64,000 nucleotides of DNA, from the NCBI GenBank assembly GCA_963771885.1, contig CAVYVF010000022.1:160001-224000 (forward strand). Reading direction: 5' to 3'. A program made the position numbers and the translations under genes. Position 1 is the first letter of the stretch. Every line of letters begins with the position of its first letter. The notes under the pieces are model-generated. The model was not told the DNA's origin. It worked only from the letters and a program-made list of their open reading frames with translations, and searched no databases. Of the stretch, positions 9,749 through 20,741 are shown piece by piece. This DNA is from Candidatus Bathyarchaeota archaeon. Lineage in GTDB: Archaea; Thermoproteota; Bathyarchaeia; TCS64.

Positions 9749-10600
9749 TTGGCGAAGATGATAATTACGGCTGCCCTGACGGGAGGCGAACCCGTGCACA
9801 AGGGGATGACGCCCTACGTTCCGAGTTCCCCCGAGGAGATAGCTGAGGAGACGTACAAGTGCTGGGAGGCAGGCGCCTCAATAGTGCACCTTCACGCGAA
9901 GGACCCCGTGACAGGGAAGCCTGCTTCAGACCCTAACCCCTACTTCAAAAAGTACGCGAAGATGATCCGAGATAGGTGCGACATCATCATTAATATGACG
10001 ACCGGAGGCGCACGCCCGACGACTGGCGACAAGCTCGACGAGATGGTTAAGGAGCGCTGCGGCCTCGGTGCAGAGATGATGAGCCTCAATATGGGCACAA
10101 TCAACCTCTGGACTCCCCCATACGAGAACGTCTTCATGAACGAGATACCCCGCATCAAGAAGTGGGTGGGGTACATGTACGAGGCGGGCATCAAGCCGGA
10201 GCTGGAGTTCTACGACACGGGTATGATCAATGCGACGAAGATGCTCGTCAGGGACGGCGTAATGAAGGAGCCACTTCACGTTCAGTTCGTGATGGTTGGG
10301 ACGACTGGCTGGTCGCCGACGCCTAAGGCGCTCATGTACGGCGTGGAGCAGCTAAATCCGAACTGGACATGGAGCGTCTGCTCCCTAGGACGCACCCAAC
10401 TCCCCATGGGGGCGTTCGCGATGACCCTCGGGGGACACGTACGCGTCGGCTTCGAGGACAACATCTACATCCGCCACGGCGAACTGGCGAAGAGCAACGC
10501 CGACCTCGTAAAGAGGATAGTCACAATAGCTGAGGCGTTAAACATCGAGATCGCGAAACCCGACGAGGCGAGGAAGATACTCGGGCTACATAAACCCTAG
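9749..10600 (+). CDS. 3-keto-5-aminohexanoate cleavage enzyme family (BKACE)
   Basis: IITAALTG, GASIVHLHAKD, GGHVRVGFEDN. Confidence 0.92.
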   Translation: MAKMIITAALTGGEPVHKGMTPYVPSSPEEIAEETYKCWEAGASIVHLHAKDPVTGKPASDPNPYFKKYAKMIRDRCDIIINMTTGGARPTTGDKLDEMVKERCGLGAEMMSLNMGTINLWTPPYENVFMNEIPRIKKWVGYMYEAGIKPELEFYDTGMINATKMLVRDGVMKEPLHVQFVMVGTTGWSPTPKALMYGVEQLNPNWTWSVCSLGRTQLPMGAFAMTLGGHVRVGFEDNIYIRHGELAKSNADLVKRIVTIAEALNIEIAKPDEARKILGLHKP

Positions 10601-10760
10601 TTCCCTCATGCCTTTATGCTATTCGTCGCAGGTGAATGAGAGGTAACAGAACAAAAATAGGACTATCTTATGGTTGTTTCGCTTAGTCCCTTTTTTCGAT
10701 AGTCCCCACTAATGATTAATATCCCAAGGTTCCCTTGTCTCATTCAGAAGGTTGTGAAGA

Positions 10761-11738
10761 ATGGCTGTAAAGACAACGCCCGAGTATATCGATCTACTCA
10801 ACCATGCGATTGAGAGGGAGATACAGGTAAGCATCCAATACCTCCTCCAGCACGCCAAGATGGAAAAGTTGATAATGAAAAAGATCCCGGAGAACATCCT
10901 CCTCGAGAAGACGACCTACGAGGCCGTGGGAAAGTTCCTCCGCGAGTTCGGAATAGTGGAGATGAAGCACGCCGCCGCTCTGATGGAGAGAATCTACTAC
11001 CTCGGCGGCGAGGCGACGACGAAAGCGAAGAAGCCAACCATCGGCGACTCGCTTAGTCAGTTCGCGAAGCTCGGCGTAGGCGCTGAGGAGGAGGCACTAA
11101 TCCTGTACCGGAAGATCATAGACGAGTCACGCAGGATGGGCGACTATGAGACCCACGACCTCGTCGAGAAGATATATGGGGACGAGGAGAAGCATCTCTT
11201 CAAGTTCCAGGAGTACACGGGCTTCCAGGACGAAGAGCAGAAGGAGAGCATTGAGCTCTCCCCGTGGCGCAAGATATTCACCGAGGACTACTACGCTCTG
11301 CTGAACAAGGCGGTCGCAAGTGAGATCATGGCGATACTCCAGTACACGAACCAGCATGAGAAGGCGGCTCTCCTCAGCCTGCGCATGAAGGAGACGCCTC
11401 TTGAGGTCATCGCCGAGAAGAACAAGACAAAGGCGGTCAGCGAGCTCCTCAAGCCCATTTTTATGCAGGAGATGGACCACCTCGAGAAGATTGCGGAGAG
11501 ACTCTACCTAATCGAGGGCGAAGCCGTCGTCATGCCCAACCCGTTCCCCGTCGTAGGCGCTAATGCGGACGAGTTCCTTCTCCTCGACCACCAAGCGGAG
11601 AACGACGCCATCGTCCTATACAGACACATCATCGACGAGGCTATGAAGAAGGGTGACACCACTACGAGGCGCCTATTCGAGGAGATTGTCCTACAAGAAG
11701 AGCAGCACTACTGGACGTTTGACGACTACGTCCGGTAA
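10761..11738 (+). CDS. Tandem two-domain ferritin/bacterioferritin-like protein
   Basis: Two repeats with E..QY..QH, EMKH/EMDH and EEKH/EEQH di-iron ligands. Confidence 0.85.
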   Translation: MAVKTTPEYIDLLNHAIEREIQVSIQYLLQHAKMEKLIMKKIPENILLEKTTYEAVGKFLREFGIVEMKHAAALMERIYYLGGEATTKAKKPTIGDSLSQFAKLGVGAEEEALILYRKIIDESRRMGDYETHDLVEKIYGDEEKHLFKFQEYTGFQDEEQKESIELSPWRKIFTEDYYALLNKAVASEIMAILQYTNQHEKAALLSLRMKETPLEVIAEKNKTKAVSELLKPIFMQEMDHLEKIAERLYLIEGEAVVMPNPFPVVGANADEFLLLDHQAENDAIVLYRHIIDEAMKKGDTTTRRLFEEIVLQEEQHYWTFDDYVR

Positions 11739-11917
11739 TCGTCATCATCTATATGATAGATTTTTTTTAGTGGCAGTATTGATTTGAGTGATAAGAAAAC
11801 ATGCGAACGTGTATAACTCCCTCATAATCGAAGAGAAGCTCCTCAGATTTCTAGTCGACCAGTTCGGGTCCTTGCTCTATGGGTCGATGCCCTAGACGGT
11901 GGCCGCCGTGAGAGGCT

Positions 11918-12331
11918 CTATGCGCCGAGGTTACGCCGCAACAGCGCCTCAAGGCCCTGTCGTCCTACGGCGCCGAGCACCTGATCTGCCGCCCTTCCAC
12001 CCCTGAAGAGGATGAAGAGTGGTATACTCATGACCCTGAATCTGGTTGATACTGCCTTATTCTGGTCCGTGTTGATTTTGGCGAAGTATGCCTTTCCCGA
12101 GTAATCCCTGGCGAGTGCCTCGGTTATCGGCGCCATCATCCTACATGGCCCGCACCAGTCTGCCCAGAAGTCGACAAGCAGGGGTAACCCAGTCGACGCT
12201 AATGCCTGATCGAAGTTGGTGTCTGTTAGGATGTTAACAACGCCATCCTGGAGCATGCTTGGCTTCGGAGGAGCCATCATCCTCTCAAGCATCCGTCGCT
12301 TTATCTCATCGAGTTCCTTGTCCTCTGACAT
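11918..12331 (-). CDS. trxA: Thioredoxin
   Basis: VDFWADWCGPC. Confidence 0.95.
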   Translation of the reverse strand: MSEDKELDEIKRRMLERMMAPPKPSMLQDGVVNILTDTNFDQALASTGLPLLVDFWADWCGPCRMMAPITEALARDYSGKAYFAKINTDQNKAVSTRFRVMSIPLFILFRGGRAADQVLGAVGRQGLEALLRRNLGA

Positions 12332-12397
12332 TTAAGGTGACTCAGGCACCGCATAATAAAAGGAGTGCCCGGAAAAAAGGCCGGATTCGGGGTCTCG

Positions 12398-12865
12398 CTA
12401 CTTCTTGAGGAAGTTTGGGTTTGTGGAGTCGTACTTGTCGGCGTCCTCTGGGCTCTTCGAAATATCCTTGAGCCACTTGTCAGCGGCGTCGCGCTTCCAG
12501 TCGCCAGCCTTCGCGTGCATTTTCACATAGTTCGCGGGCATGGGGTGCGTACCGACTTTGACGGGAAGCCCGACGACGTTCTCGATGTACTTCTTGTGGT
12601 CTTCGATGTATGGACAGATTGGGTAGCCGGCAAGGTAGCAGCTGGCAAGGTAGATGACCTCAGCGCCATACTTCTTCATGTCAGCGGGGGCCGCTTCTAG
12701 GCGCTCCCCAGGGCAACCGCCGCACGCCATCCAACCAACGACCTCGATGGGCTCGCTCTTCGGGTAGTCCGCGAAGACGCCGTCCCTCTCGATGATGCTC
12801 TTGAAGCACTTATTGCCCGTGCAGGTTCGGTTCCGGTCACAGATCATTATACCGACTTTTACCAT
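12398..12865 (-). CDS. CGGC-domain metal-binding protein
   Basis: MACGGCPG plus further conserved Cys and GTH. Confidence 0.9.
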   Translation of the reverse strand: MVKVGIMICDRNRTCTGNKCFKSIIERDGVFADYPKSEPIEVVGWMACGGCPGERLEAAPADMKKYGAEVIYLASCYLAGYPICPYIEDHKKYIENVVGLPVKVGTHPMPANYVKMHAKAGDWKRDAADKWLKDISKSPEDADKYDSTNPNFLKK

Positions 12866-12899
12866 GCCTCATACACTCGGTGAGGTTAGAGATAATTGT

Positions 12900-13229
12900 T
12901 TACTCAGAGGCCTCGATGCCCCTCTTTATACGGGTTAACAGCTCAGTGGAAGGGGAGGCGTAAGGGCTTATCCACCGCTCATAGACCTCCCTTATTGGGG
13001 CAACGTTGAGGTAGTTCCAGCGGCGGCGCCCATCTCTCTTCGCTATGACAAGCTCCGCCTTCTCCAGGACACCGAGGTGCTGCATCACCGTACAGCGGTC
13101 GAGGTCGGGGAAATGTCCGATTAGGTCACCTGTAGTGAGCGGCTTCTCCTTCAGCATGTCGAGTATCTCGCGTCTCGTACCCTCGGCGAGCGCCTTAAAT
13201 ACCCGCTCTTGCCTCGCTCCCTCAGACAT
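12900..13229 (-). CDS. ArsR/SmtB-family regulator
   Basis: VFKALAEGTRREILDML...VMQHLGVLEKAELV. Confidence 0.92.
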   Translation of the reverse strand: MSEGARQERVFKALAEGTRREILDMLKEKPLTTGDLIGHFPDLDRCTVMQHLGVLEKAELVIAKRDGRRRWNYLNVAPIREVYERWISPYASPSTELLTRIKRGIEASE

Positions 13230-13234
13230 CACAG

Positions 13235-13260
13235 TATATGTTACAATAGTATAACGTATA
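13235..13260. promoter_or_regulatory. Inverted repeat, probable ArsR operator
   Basis: TATATGTTA-N8-TAACGTATA between the divergent ArsR and SRPBCC genes. Confidence 0.7.
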
Positions 13261-13298
13261 TATTGCTGTCCCCAACAAATCACCCAGAGGAGTCCGAG

Positions 13299-13787
13299 AT
13301 GAAGCTTAAGTTCCAGGTCCAGGCCAAAATACAGAAACCCCTAGCCGAGGTATTCGACGCCGTCTACAACCCAAAGAAGCTGAGTGCATACTTCACATCA
13401 GGGGGCTCAGACGGTCCACTCGACGAGGGACGCACCGTCCTATGGACCTTCGCTGACATGGCGGGGCAGAGCGAGACCGTCCCCGTCAGGGTCGAGAAAA
13501 TGATCCGGAACAAGCTCATCAGGTTCATGTGGGCCGCGAGCGAGGGCATCTACGCCCCTGAGGAAGGCAAAATGCCACACCCCGGCGGCTATGACACCAC
13601 AGTTGATATCACATTCGAGGCCCTCGGCAAGAAGGAGACACTCGTCAAAATTATTGAGGGCGAGTGGCATCCAACAGAGGACGGTCTGCAGGGTAGTTAT
13701 CAGAACTGCCAGGGCTGGACGAACATGAGCTGCTGCCTCAAAGCCTACCTTGAATACGACATCAACTTGAGAAAGGGGTTCTTCTGA
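13299..13787 (+). CDS. SRPBCC/AHSA1-like domain protein
   Basis: IQKPLAEVFDAVYNPKKLSAYF...GWTNMSCCLKAYLE. Confidence 0.9.
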   Translation: MKLKFQVQAKIQKPLAEVFDAVYNPKKLSAYFTSGGSDGPLDEGRTVLWTFADMAGQSETVPVRVEKMIRNKLIRFMWAASEGIYAPEEGKMPHPGGYDTTVDITFEALGKKETLVKIIEGEWHPTEDGLQGSYQNCQGWTNMSCCLKAYLEYDINLRKGFF

Positions 13788-14446
13788 TGAAGAGGGACCG
13801 CTACTACTCCGAGAAGGAGCTACGGAGCATCGCAGCCGACCTCACCTCCGCCGAGGCCATCCCCGTAAACGTCGAGATAGAAGCGGAGCATCGCGTCCTC
13901 GACCTTAGCGAGGTGGAGAAGATCCTCAAACACTCGGAGAATATTTTCCTCCAAGACTGTGGATGCCGTTCACAGTTCCATAACTGCGACGCTCCCCTCG
14001 ACACATGCCTCGTAGTGAATGTCGGCGCCGACTACGCCGAGAAGTGGCCTAATAACCACTCAAAAAGGGTTGACGTCGATGAGGCGCTCAGAGCGCTGCG
14101 TCGGAGCCATGAGGCTGGGCTCGTTCACATGGCTTACGTTTCCAAGGGGGATGAGGAGCCTCAGCTCATCTGCAGCTGCTGCACATGCTGTTGTCACACC
14201 CTCGGGGGAATAGTCGATCACGGTATCACTACGCAGGTGCTCACCTCAAAGCTCATTGCACAGGACGATGAGGCGAAATGCGTCGGTTGCGGGAAGTGTG
14301 TGGAAAGGTGCTTACTCGGGGCGAGGAAGATGACCGGAGGTAAGATGGATTATGACGCCTCCAAATGTCTCGGCTGCGGCCTTTGTATAACCACCTGCCA
14401 AAAGGGCGCGATTAAACTCGTGGACCGGAAGAAGATCTTAGATTAG
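13787..14446 (+). CDS. 4Fe-4S dicluster protein
   Basis: CGCR, CSCCTCCC and two CxxCxxCxxxC motifs. Confidence 0.9.
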   Translation: MKRDRYYSEKELRSIAADLTSAEAIPVNVEIEAEHRVLDLSEVEKILKHSENIFLQDCGCRSQFHNCDAPLDTCLVVNVGADYAEKWPNNHSKRVDVDEALRALRRSHEAGLVHMAYVSKGDEEPQLICSCCTCCCHTLGGIVDHGITTQVLTSKLIAQDDEAKCVGCGKCVERCLLGARKMTGGKMDYDASKCLGCGLCITTCQKGAIKLVDRKKILD

Positions 14447-15430
14447 TTTGCCGCAGTGGAAGGTCCAGTCCCCAGGGTAGACTGTGGGCTGGTACCTCGT
14501 ATCAAAAATGACCGACCGGTATGGCGCCCTGCACTCCTCGATTACTCTCCCCGCCGTGTCCTTCAAGACGCCGAGAAGTCTGCCCTCATCGACGACAGCT
14601 CCCAGCTCACACGTATTGTACATGACACCGCCGTGCTGCGTCTTCGGCCAGCTGCTTCCGTCACTCACGAGCTGATCCGAGTCTAAACCTACCGGCTCCT
14701 CGTTCAGCATCCCAAGGCCAATCATGGCGTTCTTCACACCCTGTACGCCAGTCTGGACAAGGTTCTCCCAGAGGCGTCCTCCACCGCCCAATTCGGGGCT
14801 GAGTGTCGGTATCCCCGCGAGCCCGGCCTGTATACTCAGGCTCCCCATCATGCTGGGGCGCGTATTGATACCGCCGAGGACTGGGACACCCTGCCCGAAG
14901 AAACGGTAGAGCCTCCTATTGTGCTCCCCGACGAGCCTTTCCGTCTCCGGCGTACCCCTCGAGTGTATGTACCTCGCCATGAAGCCCCGCCCGCCCTCGT
15001 GAAGGTCCACGACCAACTCTGAGTCCTTAATGGCTTGATCCCAGATCTGGGCGGCTATCCTCTCCATGAGTAACCCTTTCGGGTCTCCCGGCCAGACCCG
15101 GTTCATGTTGAGGTTCTCGTAACCCATCGGGGGAGGGGAGGCGCGCTCTGCAGCGTTGAACGCGAGTGGGTTGGAGACGGGGATAGATATTAGCGATCCC
15201 TTGAACTGCTTCACGTCTACGCTGTCGAAGACCCTATTGCTAATTTCCATGCCGCCGTACTCGTCGCCGTGCTGCAGGCCGAGCATGGCCATCCGTGGCC
15301 CATCGCGACTCCCGACAGCGACCCTGATCGTCAGCCCAATCGGCGTGCCGTCTGCGTACTCCCCAACCTTGACGGAAAAGGTCTCAGATTGCCCACGCTT
15401 GATCCTGTGCCTAAAGACGCTCAGCGACAT
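14438..15430 (-). CDS. Succinylglutamate desuccinylase/aspartoacylase (M14-like) family
   Basis: QHGDEYGG, NMNRVWPG, VDLHEG. Confidence 0.92.
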   Translation of the reverse strand: MSLSVFRHRIKRGQSETFSVKVGEYADGTPIGLTIRVAVGSRDGPRMAMLGLQHGDEYGGMEISNRVFDSVDVKQFKGSLISIPVSNPLAFNAAERASPPPMGYENLNMNRVWPGDPKGLLMERIAAQIWDQAIKDSELVVDLHEGGRGFMARYIHSRGTPETERLVGEHNRRLYRFFGQGVPVLGGINTRPSMMGSLSIQAGLAGIPTLSPELGGGGRLWENLVQTGVQGVKNAMIGLGMLNEEPVGLDSDQLVSDGSSWPKTQHGGVMYNTCELGAVVDEGRLLGVLKDTAGRVIEECRAPYRSVIFDTRYQPTVYPGDWTFHCGKLI

Positions 15431-15501
15431 ACATATTCAGCTTGGCGGTGAGCCGTTAAAACCTCGACGCCCTTAATAGTTGATTCAGCGGGGTCTCAGC
15501 C

Positions 15502-16032
15502 ATGGGGATATGGAGGCGCGTCGCCGAGCTCATGGAGTCGCAGAAGGCGGCGAGGCCCGAGATGAGGGCTAGGGACGCCTACAAACTTCTCTACCAGGGC
15601 GTCTTCGGCGTCGGCCACATAATGGGTCCCGGAGCGTGGGACTATCTCCAGAGCGAGGCAACTGCACTGGACATAAAGGATCACTCTGCAGACCCGATTA
15701 TCGAGGAAGTAGCTCTCGACGGCTCCGTTGTCAGGGTAAACCTCCGCCCCTTTCTCCGCGAGGGCTACTCTCTTATCAAACTCATGGAGGCGATGAGGCT
15801 ATCCGACATCGCAGGGAGCCCCGCCGCATTCCTCGAGGCCTGGAACGCATTCGCCGAACTCGTCTGGTCAGGTCAGCTCGACTTCGAGCATAACGAGGTC
15901 GACACTATCAACAAGGTGTTGGACAGGGCAAAGCCTCAGCCAATGCACCACACCCAGCAATATCGAGATGCCTACTACCCTGCCTATAGGGTCGTCCGTA
16001 GGCGCGAGATCCTCTGGATCATCGGCATCTAG
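15502..16032 (+). CDS. Conserved hypothetical protein
   Basis: DAYKLLYQGVFGVGH and PMHHTQQYRDAYYPAYRVV motifs; native codon usage. Confidence 0.75.
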   Translation: MGIWRRVAELMESQKAARPEMRARDAYKLLYQGVFGVGHIMGPGAWDYLQSEATALDIKDHSADPIIEEVALDGSVVRVNLRPFLREGYSLIKLMEAMRLSDIAGSPAAFLEAWNAFAELVWSGQLDFEHNEVDTINKVLDRAKPQPMHHTQQYRDAYYPAYRVVRRREILWIIGI

Positions 16033-16069
16033 CAGGTCTATTATAGAACCAGGGATTCAATTATTCCTC

Positions 16070-17509
16070 ATGAGCCTTGAAAAGACGAAGAAGGATGCCC
16101 TCGACTGGATTGAGAGTAATAGGGAGAGCGTCGTCAAGGTCAGCGACGAGGTCTGGGACTACTCAGAGCTCGGCTTTATAGAATATAGATCGGCGAAGCT
16201 CCTCTCCGACACGCTGGAGCGGCATGGATTCAGGGTTGAGCGGGGCGTTGCGGGTATCCCAACAGCCTTCGTCGCGTCGTGGGGTTTAGGTGGCCCCGTC
16301 GTGGGTGTGATGGGGGAGTACGACGCCCTAATGGGGGTCTCACAGAAGAAGGCCCCCACTCGTGACCCGATAGTCGTCGGTGGGAACGGCCACGGCTGCG
16401 GCCACAACATCCATGGCGCATCAGGCATGGCGGGGGCGATCGCCGCTCGTTACTCGATGGAGAGGAACGGCGTTAAGGGAACTATCAGGTTCTTCGGCAC
16501 TCCCGCCGAGGAGAGCGGCAGCGGTAAAGTCTGGATGGTCCGATCAGGAATATTTGACGGTGTCGACGCCGTGCTGAGCCACCATCCGGGCGCCATGAAC
16601 TACGGCGGACTCGGCAGTAGCCTCGCAAACAACAGCGTCAAGTTCCACTTCTACGGGAAGACGAGCCACGCGGCGGGGAGCCCTGAGCAGGGAAGGAGCG
16701 CCTTAGACGCCGTTGAGCTGATGAATGTCGGCGTCAACTTCCTCCGCGAGCACGTTGTCCAAGATGCTCGCATGCACTACGTTATCGAGTCCGGCGGTGG
16801 ACAGCCAAACGTCGTACCCGACTACGCCCGCAGCTGGTATCTGATCCGCGCCCCGGAGCGGGATCAGGTTGACTCCATTTACGCACGAGTCCTCAAGATA
16901 GCAGAAGGTGCCACGCTCATGACCGAAACCACCCTAAAGGTCGAGTTCCTCAAGGCGGTCTACAACAAGATCCCCAGCAAGGCGCTTAGCGAGCTCATCG
17001 CCGATAATATGCGACTTATCGGAACCCCAAAGTACACGCCTGAGGAGACGCAATTCGCCGAGGAGCTCTCCCGCAACGTCCCAACGGAGCAGAAGAGGGA
17101 CGCCCTCAGGAAGTCGAAGCGCCCCGGTTGGGAGAAGTTGGAGGGCGTAGTGATGGACGGCAGCGTCCCCGACGCGTGGGACGAAGGGGAGGTCAGCCAC
17201 GGTTCCACCGACGTCAGTGACGTGAGTTGGAAGGCGCCGACGATGGAGTTCTCGACGGCGACCTGGCCACTCGGTACCCCGGGGCACAGCTGGATGAACG
17301 TCGCCGCATCGGGAACGGGCATCGGCCACAAGAGTCTCATATTCGCCTCTAAGATCATCGCCACCTCAGTGATTGACCTAGTATCGAAGCCTGAGTTGCT
17401 CGCTAAGGCTAAGGAGGAGCAGGTCAGAAGGACAATGGGTAAGACTTACAGGAGCCCGCTTCCCGCCGACGCCCAGCCACCCCTCAACATGTGGGGAAAG
17501 ACTAGCTGA
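16070..17509 (+). CDS. M20 amidohydrolase, AbgB-like
   Basis: GEYDAL, GHGCGHN, GTPAEE, GSTDVSDVSW. Confidence 0.92.
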   Translation: MSLEKTKKDALDWIESNRESVVKVSDEVWDYSELGFIEYRSAKLLSDTLERHGFRVERGVAGIPTAFVASWGLGGPVVGVMGEYDALMGVSQKKAPTRDPIVVGGNGHGCGHNIHGASGMAGAIAARYSMERNGVKGTIRFFGTPAEESGSGKVWMVRSGIFDGVDAVLSHHPGAMNYGGLGSSLANNSVKFHFYGKTSHAAGSPEQGRSALDAVELMNVGVNFLREHVVQDARMHYVIESGGGQPNVVPDYARSWYLIRAPERDQVDSIYARVLKIAEGATLMTETTLKVEFLKAVYNKIPSKALSELIADNMRLIGTPKYTPEETQFAEELSRNVPTEQKRDALRKSKRPGWEKLEGVVMDGSVPDAWDEGEVSHGSTDVSDVSWKAPTMEFSTATWPLGTPGHSWMNVAASGTGIGHKSLIFASKIIATSVIDLVSKPELLAKAKEEQVRRTMGKTYRSPLPADAQPPLNMWGKTS

Positions 17510-17526
17510 GAAGCGAGATCCGATAA

Positions 17527-18165
17527 CTACGGCTTGTAAATTTCGCCGGTTTTAAGAATAACGACCTTCGTGGCGCCGCCTGCCTCGACCTTCTTCTTGA
17601 AGACATTTGGGTCGGTGTCCCAGATGTGCATGGGCAGGGCGACCTTCGGCTTGATGGCGAGGGCAAGCTCTGCAGCCTCGTCATTGTCCATTGTGTAGGT
17701 GCCGCCGGTGGCGATGAGCATCACATCGATGCCCTTGAGCATCCTTATCTCGGGGACAGCCTCGGTATCGCCGGTGTGGTAAACGGTCTTCCCCTCGACA
17801 CGGATGAGGTAGCCAACTCCGAAGCCCTTGGGGTGGAAGGGGACACCGGGGCTCCTCATCCTCACTGCATTATAGGCCTCGACTGCCTCAACTTCGACGT
17901 CACCGATCTTGATCTTGTCGCCGGGCTTGAGGCTGGTTGGCTTGATGCCGACCTTGGCGCAGTCGGAAGGAGCAATGAAGATCGTCCCGGGTCCGACGGC
18001 CTGCTTGACCTTGTCCTCCTTGCAGTGGTCCTGGTGAGAGTGGCTGCAAATTACTATGTTCCCCTTCTCCGGATATTCGCCCTCGTAGGGGTCGATATAG
18101 ATCGTCTTACCCGCACTCTTGAGCATCCAACTCGCGTGGCCCAGCCATTTAATCTCCAATAGCAT
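17527..18165 (-). CDS. MBL-fold metallo-hydrolase
   Basis: WLGHAS, SHSHQDH, YHTGDT, PMH. Confidence 0.92.
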   Translation of the reverse strand: MLLEIKWLGHASWMLKSAGKTIYIDPYEGEYPEKGNIVICSHSHQDHCKEDKVKQAVGPGTIFIAPSDCAKVGIKPTSLKPGDKIKIGDVEVEAVEAYNAVRMRSPGVPFHPKGFGVGYLIRVEGKTVYHTGDTEAVPEIRMLKGIDVMLIATGGTYTMDNDEAAELALAIKPKVALPMHIWDTDPNVFKKKVEAGGATKVVILKTGEIYKP

Positions 18166-18196
18166 TCACGTGGTGTTGGTCGTTATAGAGGTTTAT

Positions 18197-19409
18197 CTAA
18201 CTTGCCGTGGCTGGCTTTGACTCCCTGATGCCCAGGAAGGCGAATCCAATCGTGAATCGGAGGAAGGCGGTGAATAGGAGGGCCATGCTGATGGCAGAGT
18301 AGTCGGTGGAAGCTATGAAGCCTTTTGTCACCATCCCCATGATGTAGGAGCCTAAGAAGTTTGAGACGCCCATCGCCGTCATGCTGGCCGCGAGGTAGGT
18401 CGCCCTGAGCCTCGGCGGTGCGATGTCGATTATGTACGTCGACTGGCTGCAGGCCCAGGCAGCGAGCTCGATGCCGACGAAGGCCTCGACGGCGACTATC
18501 TGCCACCAGTCGGTGGCGAGGGCGTAGACGACTGTGGAGGCGGCCATGCCGACGCGGCTGAAGACGATGACGGGGCGTCTTCCCACCTTGTCGATGATCC
18601 TCCCGAAGACCCTCTGACTGACAACGCTGAGGGCGAGGTTGGCCGCCGCGGTGGCTGCTATCTGCCATACACTCATCCTCAGCTTGCCGACGGTGATGAA
18701 GGAGAAGAAGGGGGAGGCGGTTGCGGCGCCGAAGCCGAAGACGAAGCTGACTATGAGGAACTTCCGTCAGGTCATGGTCGGCGAGGAGGGAGGCGAATTC
18801 GAGTTTACGTCTACCCGCCGTTTTTGGTGCCCTCTCCTCGGTTAGGGAGATGAAGAAGGCGGAGGTGAAGCTGGAGACAGATGCAAGGATGAGAAGCGGT
18901 GTGAAGGAGGCCATGCTCATAGGCCCAGTCTGGGTGAGTGTGATGAGGAGGGCCATCATCATCGCGGCGAAGCCCCCGATCTGGGCGACGCTGTTGATCC
19001 TTCCAATGATGGTCCCCCTTCGCAGCTCTCCCGCGTAGTCGCCGACGAGGCTTCCCCAGGCGGGCTGCGCCATCGCTATCGAGACGCTGACGGCGACGAC
19101 CATGGCGAGCAGCCAGAAGGGGGTGTTAACGAATGCTAGCGCCGCGAAGGTGATACCGCAGAGGACGCGTCCCGCGATGATAAGTCGCCTCTTCCCGATC
19201 TGGTCGGCGAGCCCCCCGAAGAATACTTGCGGGAGGGTGAGTGCTAGCTGTCTACCGCCGTTTATGAGCCCCGACTCGGCAACGTTCGACCCGACGGCGA
19301 CCGCCATCGTGCTCGTGAACCTGTCGATAATGGTGTCAGGAACTGACTGGCTCGCGCCGGCGAGGTAGAGCGCCTTGGACTCTTTGAGGTGCTCCTCGTC
19401 GGCTCCCAT
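18197..19409 (-). CDS. MFS transporter, frameshifted near 18770
   Basis: GGLADQIGKRR and GRIIDKVGRR motif-A copies in two frames; paralogue of the neighbouring gene. Confidence 0.85.
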
Positions 19410-19443
19410 GGCTCCATGGGTGTGAGCTATAGGTTATTTGAAG

Positions 19444-20655
19444 CTATGGTTGCCTCTTCGGCCTGGACTCGTAGGCGGTGACGAAGGCGAAGCCGAGGGT
19501 GAACCTGAGCACGGCGGAGATGAGAAGCCCCGTGGTGATCGCCTCCAAGCCACCGCTTGAGAGCACGTGCTCGGTGACGTAGCTACCGAGGAGGCTACCT
19601 GCGAAGCTGGCAAGGCCAAAGGCGGTGGCGCTAGCGGCGAGGTATGTGGCGCGCAGTTCCCCCGGTGCGAGGTCGATGGCGTATGTACTCTCCGAGCTCA
19701 TCCACGCCCCCATGCCCATGCCCAGGAACACCTCGGCGACAACTATGTGGAGCCAACTAGTCGCCAGTGCGTATGAGAGCGGTGCGAGGGCCATTATCAT
19801 CCGGCTGAAGACGATGACCGGTCTTCTCCCCGTACCGTCCATGAATCTCCCCGCGAACCTCTGCGTCATGAGGTTCGCCGCGGTCTCCGTGATCGCTAGT
19901 ATAGCGACCTGCCAGACGGGCATACCCAGCTTCTCAGTTATTATAAAAGGGAACAGGGGCCAGGCGAATGCCATCCCGATGCCATAGGACGTGTTGAGCA
20001 GGAGATACCTCCGAAGCCTGATGTCGCCGATGAGCTTAGAAAAGTCGAGTGTCTTGCTAACCTGAGCGTGATGCTTCTCTTTTGTGAAAAGCACGAGGAC
20101 GCTCGAAAGGAAGCTGGCGCCTGAGGCCATAGCCATAACGGGGAGGTAGCTGGCACGCGTGCTTGGTCCGTCCTGGGACAAGGAGATCGCGAGTGCTATG
20201 AGCATCGCCGATAGTCCGCCGATCTGCGCCAGTGAGTTTATGCGCCCGATTACCTCCCCACGCCTACCCTCAGGTGCGTAGTCGCCGAGAAGGCTGTTCC
20301 ACGAAGGGAGCGCCATCGAGACGAAGATAGAACACAGTACTATGAGGGGTATCAGCCACTCGGGAGCCTCGATGAAGATCACGGCAGCGAGGATAACGCC
20401 GTTAAGGAACCTTCCGACCGCTATAAACCGTCTCTTCCCATACCTGTCCGCCATCCTCCCGAAGAGTATCTGGAAGAGGTTGCTCGCGACGCTCTTCACG
20501 GCGTTAAGGACGCCGAGTTGGTCTACAGTGGCTCCAACGGCTATAGCGAGGAGCTGTATGAAGCGGTTGTAGAGCTGGTCGGCGAAGACCTGGAAGCCCC
20601 CCGTCAAGACGAGCGGCTTCGATATCTTGAGCGGCTCCTCACCGGCCTCCGTCAT
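19444..20655 (-). CDS. MFS transporter
   Basis: GRMADRYGKRR, GRFMDGTGRR, about 12 TM segments. Confidence 0.92.
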   Translation of the reverse strand: MTEAGEEPLKISKPLVLTGGFQVFADQLYNRFIQLLAIAVGATVDQLGVLNAVKSVASNLFQILFGRMADRYGKRRFIAVGRFLNGVILAAVIFIEAPEWLIPLIVLCSIFVSMALPSWNSLLGDYAPEGRRGEVIGRINSLAQIGGLSAMLIALAISLSQDGPSTRASYLPVMAMASGASFLSSVLVLFTKEKHHAQVSKTLDFSKLIGDIRLRRYLLLNTSYGIGMAFAWPLFPFIITEKLGMPVWQVAILAITETAANLMTQRFAGRFMDGTGRRPVIVFSRMIMALAPLSYALATSWLHIVVAEVFLGMGMGAWMSSESTYAIDLAPGELRATYLAASATAFGLASFAGSLLGSYVTEHVLSSGGLEAITTGLLISAVLRFTLGFAFVTAYESRPKRQP

Positions 20656-20741
20656 GGGCACTCTGTCTCCGGTCGGGGCTATAAACACAGACGGCTCTGG
20701 GTATAGCTTTTAAAGAGGACTCGTTTCTAGTTAGAGGCGTC

